A stretch of DNA of 64,000 nucleotides, from positions 19,716,001 through 19,780,000 of the forward strand of contig NC_088854.1 of the NCBI RefSeq assembly GCF_963853765.1, in the 5' to 3' direction. Position 1 is the stretch's first letter, and each line of letters opens with the position of its first letter. Below the pieces are notes generated by a model, which did not search any database, had not been told where the DNA came from, and saw only the letters and a program-made list of their open reading frames with translations. Positions 1 to 9,814 of the stretch are shown here, piece by piece. Source of the DNA: Magallana gigas. Taxonomy: Eukaryota. The position numbers were made by a program, and so were the translations under genes.

Positions 1-67
1 TTGATCACGCCCCGACCAAAATTATCACCTCATAATACTCAAAGAATGATTCCTTATTCCTTATATA
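1..67 (-). mobile_element. Terminal arm of a hairpin-plus-tail non-autonomous element (same family as 8635-9280), truncated by the window edge
   Basis: 1-60 is nearly identical to 8888-8945 and 9215-9272; it ends in TTATATA (TATATAA on the minus strand). Confidence 0.75.
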
Positions 68-236
68 TTGTGTATCCATTTACACTGCATTCATAAATTG
101 TATCCATGCAGGCAATGATTTTTAGAACTAGATAAAAGGTACATTACATGTATATATCTGAAAACATGGATTTGATAGATGCATGTACATCTTAAAGTAT
201 GAGATTATAATAACTTTGTTAATGTATTGAATTAAG

Positions 237-1077
237 GAGAGAGTAGTGACAATATGCAGAAACTGGAGGAGAGAGCAAGACAGTTGGCCGAGGAATCTGT
301 CAAAGACCAGGCCAAACCCGACAAAGGCATTCTGTTTGTCAGGTAAGAGTACCACACGAATAGCATATCATTCTATTTGCCACACTGATAGCAGTTCATT
401 TTATAACTTGAAAGTTATGATATGATCTTACAGTTTTAATAATAAACAAGGGGGGGGGGGTTCTTTAACAAAAAACCATTATTCAGGAATTATGTCACTT
501 TTCTTTAGAAGGTATATGTAAATTTGGGGCTATTGTGTATCCAATATTTTCACCAATACTGATCTCCCAGAAAATATGATTACACAGTATATTATTGATT
601 GGGGACTCCTGGAGTCCCTGATCCTGATCTCAATGATCTGATTTCATTTATATCAATTGTTAGATACTGAAAATTGTGACTTTAACACTATTGAATTTTT
701 CTGCAGGAGTGACAATACACAAAAAGAACTGGGAGAGCTGGCAAAAACTGCCAACCCTGATGCTATTGACATTGATGATGATTTCTCTAGTGATGAGGAG
801 GCACAGGTGGAAGGTATGATCATCTTTAAAATGAAAATATTATGCAATACGTATAACTCTTTTTTCATTGTGTACCTTAATGATAAGTACATGTATATGC
901 AATACGCTTTTGGGAATTGAATTAAATCATGAATGAATGTTGAAATCATGAATTCATATCAAAAGTACATTATTCAGACACTAAGTGTCATGTACCTTTT
1001 CTTCAGAAATGGAAGTGAAGTCTGTTCCAACTGAAGTTTTTGGGTCTTTAAAGAATGAGGAGGAAGAGGAGGATTGA
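237..1077 (+). CDS. XAB2: Pre-mRNA splicing factor SYF1/XAB2, last three coding exons (5' part lies upstream of the window)
   Basis: Exons 237-342, 707-813, 1007-1077 joined by GT-AG introns with consistent phases give ...ESSDNMQKLEERARQLAEESVKDQAKPDKGILFVR/SDNTQKELGELAKTANPDAIDIDDDFSSDEEAQVE/EMEVKSVPTEVFGSLKNEEEEED*. This matches the XAB2 C-terminus as I recall it (ILFVRS..EELAELA..NPEEI..SVP..VFGSLK). AATAAA at ~1321. Confidence 0.9.
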
Positions 1078-1564
1078 ACAGAATTTAACAGCATCTGCAT
1101 TCAATTCTATCGTAAACCTCGAAAGTAACATTGATGTCACATGTGATTGGTTGACTGATATATAGAGAGAAACTATTATTCAGTTCACGAAATTGATCGT
1201 TACAAGTTTGAAAATTCAGAAAATGGAAGGAACAATTAACTGTAAACTGCATTTGATGTAGAATATGATGTAAGAGTATATTGTATCAGTAGTTCACCAG
1301 TTTTACTGTACAACTTTGAAAATAAATGAGTGACACAAAAAAAAGATCCTGACATTTGTTAAAGAAACGGCCAAGGAACTGCATCATTTTTTGGTGTAAA
1401 ATTAACAGAACACAATTAATACATGTTTTTTAATACTAACAATTTGACATTTGCAAGTTCATGTTTTTACAATTCAACTTGTGACTGTCTTAAACTCTTA
1501 ATACATGTACTTAAACAAAGAAAATGCTCACTCTGTTATGCAGTATTTTCTATTTCCTCTCTTA

Positions 1565-1795
1565 GGCCAAAGAAAATTCTTGTTTGTTTGGAATTACCTC
1601 CCACCTCATTGAAATACCCCCTGCTGATAAAATTTTATTTGAAAAAAATAACTTTTTTTTTAAATGGAAATTTTCATTTTTTACCAATTTTTAATAAGTT
1701 AAACTTCAAGTTTGAAAACAAAAATTCCCTCCCTCCCTTCTTGGTCTAGAAACCTCCAGGCGGCAATTCCAAACAAACATTTTTTAATGATGACC
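1565..1795. mobile_element. MITE with imperfect TIRs and TTA target-site duplication (Zator/PIF-Harbinger-like)
   Basis: Left GGCCAAAGAAAATTCTTGTTTGTTTGGAATTACC versus reverse complement of right end GGTCATCATTAAAAAAATGTTTGTTTGGAATTGCC; TTA at 1562-1564 and 1796-1798. Confidence 0.65.
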
Positions 1796-1896
1796 TTAAA
1801 AGTACAATGCTTTCACAATGCATTATTGTAGTATTCCACCCTGAATAATCAAGATGTAATTTGTCACGAAACGTACTCTAGCTATTATTAACGATT

Positions 1897-3105
1897 CTAC
1901 ACTTTATGACACACATAATATTGGAACACCCCATCCCATTTTGGGTCTCCTCCTATACAGCGGTCAATTTTGAGTCCGGTGTCCATTAACAGGTCGGCGG
2001 CAGATACCAAAACCGGAGTGTGTCCAAAAATAACCATGTAGCCACCCTTTTTCAAACTCCTCAGAAGCGGGTGTACCATTTTCCTCGCTACCACGGCTTT
2101 TAAGACCTCGGAATTTATGAACCGCACAAAGACAACGTCCGCAGTGCCGTCAGCTATTTTCGGTTCTGCGGCATTCCCACAGTAGATTTCGTCCACGCGT
2201 TTCTTTGCAAAGTTAACCATGTAAGGACTAATGTCTTGGCCTACCGTGTGACACTTGGGTAGTGCTTGTTTCATGGTCCACAGAAATTGACCGGTTGAAC
2301 AGGCAGGGTCGTATAAAGTGAGGTCGTCTTTCCTTAAGGATTTTAGAAACTGAACGGAGTATTCCCGGAGAAACACCTCCCCTTCTCCAAGCTGGAGGGC
2401 GAGAGTCTCGTCAATTTCCCAGCCTTCGTCTGGGCAGTGAATCTCCTCTTTATAGGCCTTCTGTAGAACAGGGTAAGGAAAGATGATTTCGATGTGTTTG
2501 ATGCGATTTTGAACGATGTCGTGCATGATGAACTTTTTCTCTCCCGGTGTTAACTCCCGGTAGTACACCACAAACCCGTCGTCCTGCACGCGCTGGTCCA
2601 CCATTATACCAAGAATCATGCCTGCTTGAATGTGGCTGCAATGGAGCTCACGGATCTTGTTGGCGATCCACTGGTGAGACAGAATCCGGCGTCCAACCAA
2701 TGAACGAAGCATCCCGTTGTGCTGCTGCCAACTTTTTAGAAGGAAAACACTCTGTGGAAGCTCGTCCCATTTCTCAAAGTATATTTTCGGCGTCCTTTGG
2801 CTAACGGCTTCCCAGTCGATTCCGCTAGAAGAAGGAACGTCATCGCCAATATGCCGTGTTTGGTACATTTCAATTTCTTTCAGTATAAGTTGCAAATTTC
2901 TGTTATCGTGTTTATCCGCGGTGTCCCTTATTAAGTTTTGAAGGGCAGACTTGGACTCTTCCCATTTGCCATCAGAAATAAGTTTCTGTGCAGCGTAGAG
3001 CCTTTTCCGAGTTTCTGGATTGTTAACGTCTCGGAATACCCCGTCAAACTCAAACGTGCTGTGTCCGTCCGTAGCGGTAGGCAGGCTTCCCTCTTTACCA
3101 CTCAT
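1897..3105 (-). CDS. Intronless class I SAM-dependent transferase, isonocardicin synthase (Nat, 3-amino-3-carboxypropyltransferase)-like, 402 aa from the first ATG
   Basis: Uninterrupted ORF (track 1897-3144 uses TTG; first ATG at 3105). SAM motif I LYDPACSTGQFL, post-I TVGQDIS, then CGNAAEP, VFVRFINSEV, IFGHTPVL and C-terminal GVFQYYV. I recall this motif set from bacterial proteins annotated as isonocardicin synthase. The SAM-fold call is firm; the subfamily call is from memory. Confidence 0.8.
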   Translation of the reverse strand: MSGKEGSLPTATDGHSTFEFDGVFRDVNNPETRKRLYAAQKLISDGKWEESKSALQNLIRDTADKHDNRNLQLILKEIEMYQTRHIGDDVPSSSGIDWEAVSQRTPKIYFEKWDELPQSVFLLKSWQQHNGMLRSLVGRRILSHQWIANKIRELHCSHIQAGMILGIMVDQRVQDDGFVVYYRELTPGEKKFIMHDIVQNRIKHIEIIFPYPVLQKAYKEEIHCPDEGWEIDETLALQLGEGEVFLREYSVQFLKSLRKDDLTLYDPACSTGQFLWTMKQALPKCHTVGQDISPYMVNFAKKRVDEIYCGNAAEPKIADGTADVVFVRFINSEVLKAVVARKMVHPLLRSLKKGGYMVIFGHTPVLVSAADLLMDTGLKIDRCIGGDPKWDGVFQYYVCHKV

Positions 3106-3371
3106 AGCTGGGTGCTGGGTGGCGTTCAGTTTGAAGATACTCAAAGTTATGACTATCCTACCGTGGGTCAGTTCGTCCTAATACCGTAAGATATGGAACG
3201 TTCTACTTTCCTCTGATAAAACCGAACGCTGTTGTATACAAACAACGATAAGAAAAGTTCGGCAATTATATGAAGGCAAAAACTACTTTATTTGAATGTA
3301 TGTGTGAATTTTAATACGTTTTTGTCAAGCCCTGTTATTATTTTTTTTTTAAACAAAAGCACGATATTAAT

Positions 3372-3614
3372 ACAAATGCCTATGAGCCACGTCGCTCACA
3401 TTAGCAAAAGAGTTCCGCTTCGACCCAAGGAGCAAATAGCTTTACCATACATCTAATATAATGTAAAACTCGTCAATATGCAAATGATTTCGTTTAGAGA
3501 GGTCAGTTAAAAAAATGTTTTTCTCAGCACATTTATCTTCTTATATAAATGATCCAATAATTCTAATACTTGTTATAGTTAATATAAAAAAAACCCACCA
3601 TGAAAACCCATAAA
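3372..3614 (-). mobile_element. Helentron/HINE-like element end running into the assembly gap
   Basis: ACAAATGCCTATGAGCCACGTCGCTCAC is a degenerate reverse complement of the GTGAGCGATGTGGCCCATGGGCCTCTTGT terminus at 23473-23502. Confidence 0.5.
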
Positions 3615-3777
3615 NNNNNNNNNNNNNNNNNNNNNNNNNNNNNNNNNNNNNNNNNNNNNNNNNNNNNNNNNNNNNNNNNNNNNNNNNNNNNNNNNNNNNN
3701 NNNNNNNNNNNNNNNNNNNNNNNNNNNNNNNNNNNNNNNNNNNNNNNNNNNNNNNNNNNNNNNNNNNNNNNNNNNNN
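3615..3777. other. Assembly gap (163 N)
   Basis: Run of N in the sequence. Confidence 1.
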
Positions 3778-4339
3778 TTTCACCAGCCTGAAAGTTATGT
3801 ATCTCTTATATAAATAATTTAATACTTTCCCCATTGCGGCATCCTGATTATGGTATGAATATATATTTGTGATTAATCTTATACATTGCTTCATTATGTA
3901 TGATACACAAGTGTGCACTTTCAGTCTTCAGTTTAGTTATTCAAAGCAATCAAATGAACAACAATTAAAAGCTAGCCTTTCAACTGCCACTAAAGTCCCG
4001 AGTTAAAAACGCAATTATTTATAACAGGTACTATATTTCAAAATTTTGAACGTGTTGTAAATTGTCCTGCTTTTCTTTTGTTTGTTTTTCAATATTGTAT
4101 ATACTATATAATAACAATTTTACTTATTTAAAAAGTTGTAAACTGTATTGCCATTTTGTAACATAAACCAAATACTAGTAAGTCTTCAAATGCAACACAT
4201 TTATTATCGATAAACTTAAAACGACAGTTGTGCTATTCAGTTGACACTTTAATTAAAACTAGATCCGTCATCCCTTTTCGCAATATCCTGCATTTTGAAA
4301 TGGTACTTTTTCAAGACATGGAAGTATTAATTTAATTTT

Positions 4340-6556
4340 TCAGGCTATCAAAGTATTTGAGCTTATTTCACGATTAAGCAATATGGCGATATGATAGTAC
4401 GTTGCCATTCTCTCCTTATTCTCCCGCATTGACATTCCAAACATTGATACCGCCTTCTCTTTGTGTCCATTTTCATAGAGGCAGCATCCAAGTAGACTAA
4501 GTGCTACATATCTATGAGAAACTCCACTGAAAACCATTTCTTCAAACTCCTTGAGTGCCAGACACGATCCAATGTTGTCTCCAACAAGACGCTTGCATTT
4601 AAATTTCATGTAGCAAGCATACACCAATGGGTCGAGCGTTAAGTTGAAATGAAATTGTTGCATTCCTACAGCCCTTCTCGAATAAAGCTCCTGTTGAAAT
4701 TTCAACACCAGGGCCTCAAAACGGATATCATTAGTAAGCAATGGTAACTCAAAGGGGTAGAATTGAATGTTGATAACCGGGCGAGAATCAGCCATGTCTC
4801 CATTACACACATTCGCTAGTATCAGGTAAAAAAGTGACATATAGCTGTTCATTCTAACTTGTGGCTTTGAACGACTCGTCTCTAACATTGGTAACAGCAA
4901 TTCCAAACAGTGTTCGATGCATCCAAACGAAAAGAACGCATGCGCTACTTGTGTTATTCCTCCAACGGAGAGATTCGCCACCTGCAATTTGGAGTCGTTC
5001 AATAAACGTTTCAGTATTTCAAACCGTTGTTGCAACGTTAACGGGCCAGAATTTCTAAAGGTGACTGAACTCGCAGTCCGAATTTGCAAACATGATAAGA
5101 TTTCTATCATCGTTTCTTTCAGTGTCAAAGACAAGTTGTCCGAGTTCTTTTTCACCAGAGTGAGCAATAGAGACAGGGTTTGAATGGCGACCTCGGGGAA
5201 GGCTTCCTCCTGGCCGTTGAAAACGTTGTCCATAAACTGGTTTATTGTATCTTCTGAACTAAATCTGAAGGCTGCCTCATTCCGAACATTCCTGATCAAA
5301 CTTAGATGTGAACGAGCCATTTTTAAATAATTGTACATATATCGTCGAATATTGTCGATTGATTTTAAAATGTTAATTGTAATAAGAAATCTCGAAGGGT
5401 TAACAAAATCTGTAATAACATATATCAGCCCCAACCTTTCATTTTCAGAGTATTTAGCTTGAAATAAATTGCATTTCCTCATGAAGTAGTTTGGACAAAA
5501 GCCGACCTGAAGAAAGTTCAAAATCTTCAAAAAACACAACCTCACATATCTAAGCACAAATCCAGGTTCCCAATTTGAAACATCGTTTTCTTCTGACACC
5601 CAAAGAACCGCTGTTTTAATAATATATGAAGAAATGATAGCAGAAAAATGCCCAAATATCTCCTTTCGAATTGTTTTTAATATCGCATACACAAAACGTT
5701 GTATAAAATTCATATTTCTGATAAGCAATCGTTCAGCAAGAACAAAAGAGATTCGCCATTCCAATTCCTCGCACTGACTTTGATGGCCGCCGATCGGTAC
5801 CAAGTAACAGCCCTTCTCGACTGCTTCCTCTATGAGCGCACCACCTGGCCAGTCAAACTCTCTTCTTCTTTCAATCCACTCCTCCGCGATTTTTGGCCAC
5901 TCTCTACACTTTAATGCAACCACCGAGTCAACCGACTTGACATGTGCCAGCCCACGAGTGAGCACGTTTTGGTCGTCTGTTTCAATACTTGCTGAAAACG
6001 ACGGGCCATTGGAAAACCAGCTGATGGACAATTTGTGTCCCAGCAGTCGAGACATTTGACTGTACATGTGATCAGAAGAAAGGTCTCTGTTTATATCAAA
6101 CACATTGTTCCGTACTTCAGAGCTTGATAGAAATAGTGGAACTTCTTCAGTTGAACGGTTGCTATCTTCCTGAATCAGTTTCAGCTTCACGTAGCCTGGT
6201 AGCGTGTCCGAATCGTCGAATTGCAGGCACTTAATATTTTCTCGTGCTTTCTCTGGTGCATGTCTTTCAAATACAAACCATGACCTCGCTACCGCCATGA
6301 TATCCACGTCAGACTCGTTGGAAAAAATGTCCAAACTCGGCACACCTTCGCCCGCTGATCCGACAATGTGACTCTCTGAGAACGGTCCTTCGGGTAGGCG
6401 ATTGTTAACTTGTTTTAAGATAGTTATTTCCCCTAAAAATAGCGCATCCGTAATCATTTTGTTCCCGTCCTGGTGAACTATAGATAAAATTTCGGCGAGA
6501 TCGGACAGAAAAGATCCCGGAAATTTGTCCCCATTTGCATTTGTTTCTCGAGCCAT
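4340..6556 (-). CDS. Mab-21/cGAS-like receptor (cGLR) nucleotidyltransferase with long helical, TPR-like C-terminal extension, 738 aa in one coding exon
   Basis: HIVGSAGEG...SDVDIM (hGS..DhD), third acid in SVDSVVAL, WP.IA.EW..R.R...WP, GCYLVPIG, EWRISFVLAERLL, YIIKTAVLW, CPNYFM..CNLF, all typical of the Mab-21 domain. A splice acceptor TTTCAG (AG at 6568-6567) lies just upstream of ATG 6556, so the track's 16 N-terminal residues are probably intronic/UTR. Confidence 0.9.
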   Translation of the reverse strand: MARETNANGDKFPGSFLSDLAEILSIVHQDGNKMITDALFLGEITILKQVNNRLPEGPFSESHIVGSAGEGVPSLDIFSNESDVDIMAVARSWFVFERHAPEKARENIKCLQFDDSDTLPGYVKLKLIQEDSNRSTEEVPLFLSSSEVRNNVFDINRDLSSDHMYSQMSRLLGHKLSISWFSNGPSFSASIETDDQNVLTRGLAHVKSVDSVVALKCREWPKIAEEWIERRREFDWPGGALIEEAVEKGCYLVPIGGHQSQCEELEWRISFVLAERLLIRNMNFIQRFVYAILKTIRKEIFGHFSAIISSYIIKTAVLWVSEENDVSNWEPGFVLRYVRLCFLKILNFLQVGFCPNYFMRKCNLFQAKYSENERLGLIYVITDFVNPSRFLITINILKSIDNIRRYMYNYLKMARSHLSLIRNVRNEAAFRFSSEDTINQFMDNVFNGQEEAFPEVAIQTLSLLLTLVKKNSDNLSLTLKETMIEILSCLQIRTASSVTFRNSGPLTLQQRFEILKRLLNDSKLQVANLSVGGITQVAHAFFSFGCIEHCLELLLPMLETSRSKPQVRMNSYMSLFYLILANVCNGDMADSRPVINIQFYPFELPLLTNDIRFEALVLKFQQELYSRRAVGMQQFHFNLTLDPLVYACYMKFKCKRLVGDNIGSCLALKEFEEMVFSGVSHRYVALSLLGCCLYENGHKEKAVSMFGMSMRENKERMATYYHIAILLNREISSNTLIA

Positions 6557-7330
6557 TTTTATAAACCTGAAATATTTTAGACATAACATGTAAATTATTG
6601 GCAAGGAATTATCGCAAGTTTATAAATACATGACTGCAATTTATTATGATTTATTAATCAGCCTGTGTTAACATAACTTTATTGAGACAAACCGATTGAA
6701 ACACTTAATTAATCTGTAGAGAGTTGTTTAATTCTCTCCTGCATAGCCTAAACAGGAAACATAAATAGCAACGTTAAAGAGCTACGATGTGTCTTGATTT
6801 CAAAAATATATGAAAATTAATTTGTTTTCCTCAGACGCTTAATCCTTGTTTTTTTAGTTCTCGCGTGTATTTTTATACCTGTTACACAAAAACATTATAA
6901 AAACAATCCAAATAAGTACACAACAATAAGTTAGAAGACCCCTTTAATTTCAGATTTGACTCAAAATACATAATATCATTAAAGTATTTACAATCGAATA
7001 TTGAACAAATATGAAAAAATGAAACGCATATCTGCATGCCCAAAGATACAATATGTTGACAATTTGTGCAGTGTGAATGTCAGATGAATCTGATTAAATT
7101 ATAGTTTGATTAAGCAATATCAATGTACTTTAAATCTAGATATAAATTATGTACAGATGTACTTACATGAATGTATATAGAACAATGTAACAAATATACA
7201 TGAGAAATGTTTTCATATACAGGTACATGTACAAGAAGATACCGTAGAACAAAAAATAAAGTTAATTTAAAATCTCTTGTTAGCGTATTCTTATCAAACC
7301 ATTCTGGGGTCAGTTCTGAATTGTAGTGAA

Positions 7331-7485
7331 CAGAGGCGTCGGAAGCGAAGTGGAGACTGGACTTATCACAAATCTTAATAACAAACAAAAAATGTATAAC
7401 TTTTCCAAAAAAGTGGGGGGGGGGAGGCTAAGGCTACCCCCCCCCCCCCCCCCCCTTCTTCCCGGTCCCAGTTCCGACGCCTTTG
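7331..7485. mobile_element. Short MITE with ~14-bp TIRs and internal poly-G/poly-C
   Basis: CAGAGGCGTCGGAA ... TTCCGACGCCTTTG. Confidence 0.6.
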
Positions 7486-8634
7486 ATGAAATATCACTTG
7501 ATAGATCTGTATACATGATACATACATGTATGATGTAAATATAGCGCGACTGGTGAGTCGCTCAATTGATTTTAAGGCACATGACGGCTCATTTTTAAAA
7601 TTTTCAGATAACATCTGAAAATTTTAGTCTTATGTTGTAAGATATCTGTTCGACTTAAATTTACAATACCTTAGAAAGAGACAGGAAACAATGTCTGATG
7701 TGTGATTTACCAACGAGCTGACAAACCAAAATACTATCTCTCTCCAATTATCTGTGTCACGTGTATATTAACTTTTTTGTTTAAACACACTACTTCCTGT
7801 TTGTAAGAGAAGGTATAGTAAAATAGAGTGGACCTAAACAGGAATGTAGAACAGTTAATCGAATTCACTTCAAACTTTGAAACCTAAACAGTGTCATGAA
7901 TTCTCAAGACATATACTATAGCATTTAGAGAATATTTTCCCGATATGTCTGTCCATGTACATCATTAAATTATTGTACAATTATATTGTTCATTAGGAAG
8001 AAGATATTCTATCTTTTGTCAATTTATGCAAAAAGTATTGTATCAAAGATGAACGACATCAAATATTGTCATCGCAGGCACGTATCATCGAGGAGGGGGG
8101 GGGGGGTGCTCCCCTCCCCCCACTATTATCTCGCAGCTAACATTTTTTTAATATGCATATGAAAAAGTAAATTGAGATGGAGTTGCCCTCCTTTTGGGAG
8201 TACGTAAAAAAAGAATTAAAAGAATCGAAATTAACAATAAAATTGATTTTTATCTCAATAGAATATGTTCAATTCAATAGCAAAAATGTAGGCAATTAAA
8301 AAAAATCAAATAAAAAAAGTCTTTAGTTTAAATTGAATGTTTTTATTTTTTTCAAATATTTCTTGTCACTGATTACGCAGACCCTGAGCCAGAGGTACTC
8401 CAAGTTGATATATTTCTTTTAAATATACCGTACTATTAATAATGAAAAGTCTCAAATAAATTGGTTCGTTGGGTCGGGAATACTTAAAAAAATAATTACA
8501 TGTGCACATGTATAAAGAGTGGCATTTTTATCAAGCTGATATTTTTAAATCTCAGGATAAATAACAAATCCAAAAGTCGAGTTCAGATACGATTCTTTTA
8601 CAAAAAATACCCTTCTCATGCTTTTATCAATGAG

Positions 8635-9280
8635 TATTTACATTTTGCAGTGTCTTTGCCTGTGATAACACTACGTATCGATTTTGTACTATATAACCCA
8701 CAACTTCAAATGAAGCCAAATTGAGGCGCCAGCGGGGTTTGCTTATTTATAGGTAAATATTTTTAAATCGTACGATGGTTTAAAATTATATAAGGAATAA
8801 GGAATCATTCTTTGAGTACTATGAGGTGATAATTTTGGTCGGGGCGTTATCAAATCCAATGAAGTCCGAATGGCTTTATGATAGATTTGATCTCGCCCCG
8901 ACCGAAGTTATCACCTCATAATATTCAAAGAATGATTCCTTATTACTTATATTTATATAATTTTAATTAAGCCATTGATGATTAAATATTTAGATATAGA
9001 TAAGCAAACCCCGCTGGCGCCTCAATTTGGCGTCGTTTGTATTATGGGTTATATAGTACAAAATCGATACGTAGTGTTATCACAGGCAAAGACACTGGGA
9101 AATGTAAATATATAAATATAAGTAATAAGGAATCATTCTTTGAATATTATGAGGTGATAATTTCGGTCGGGGCGTGATCAAATCTATCATAAAGCCCTTC
9201 GGGCTTTAATGGATTTGATCACGCCCCGACCGAAATTATCACCTCATGATACTCAAAGAATGATTCCTTATTCATTAAAT
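8635..9280. mobile_element. Two nested copies of a hairpin-plus-tail non-autonomous element (Crypton-like, inferred): plus-strand copy 8787-9115 inserted into a minus-strand copy (8635-8786 plus 9116-9280)
   Basis: Two long hairpins with oppositely oriented loops (CCAATGAAGTCCGAATGGCTTTATGATAG versus CTATCATAAAGCCCTTCGGGCTTTAATGG). Tails 8635-8785 and 8960-9110 are inverted relative to each other. TATATAA is duplicated at 8787-8793 and 9109-9115. Confidence 0.75.
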
Positions 9281-9814
9281 AAAACTGACACCTCTGCATT
9301 TAGATATTCCCAAGCCAAGGGTTTTCCGCTCCGCTCTTCATATACAGCGGAGCGGACTTGAGAAGATGCTACGATGTTACTCCCTTGGTGCCCTGCAATT
9401 TTTCAGATGTACCGGTATAATATCATGTATATATTTGTCATGCATCCTTTTACGATCGTCTTAAAGCCAATATGCGAGTTGTAAACGACAGATTCCATCA
9501 GGACTGTTTTGGGCGAATAAGTTGTAGTTCAATTTAATCTTTTCAAATGAAAATGAAAGTAGACCTACTTCTGTTTTCGGTTTAATTTTTGGTAGTGTTT
9601 AGGCGTTAACTGTAATTTATATGTTCTAGCGATAAAAGAAATTGGACAACGACGGTGATTTACACATCAATGAACAATTAGTTTGAATAGCTATGAATTT
9701 ATCATCGAAAACGTTCTATAGGTGGTTCTTGTTCATGAATAGGAATGGCTATAGCTGTTCGTTGCAATAATTTCCTTATCATACATGAAATGACACGGGT
9801 ATTGACGAACGACG

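Noticed and set aside
3541-3918. 125-aa ORF (and 3600-3791) in the track
   Set aside because: Made open only by the run of N; not real coding evidence.
1897-6556. Fusion of cGLR and Nat-like ORFs into one protein
   Set aside because: The cGLR has its own TGA at 4342-4340 and the Nat-like frame has an upstream stop; a repeat and a gap lie between them. No splice path could be supported.
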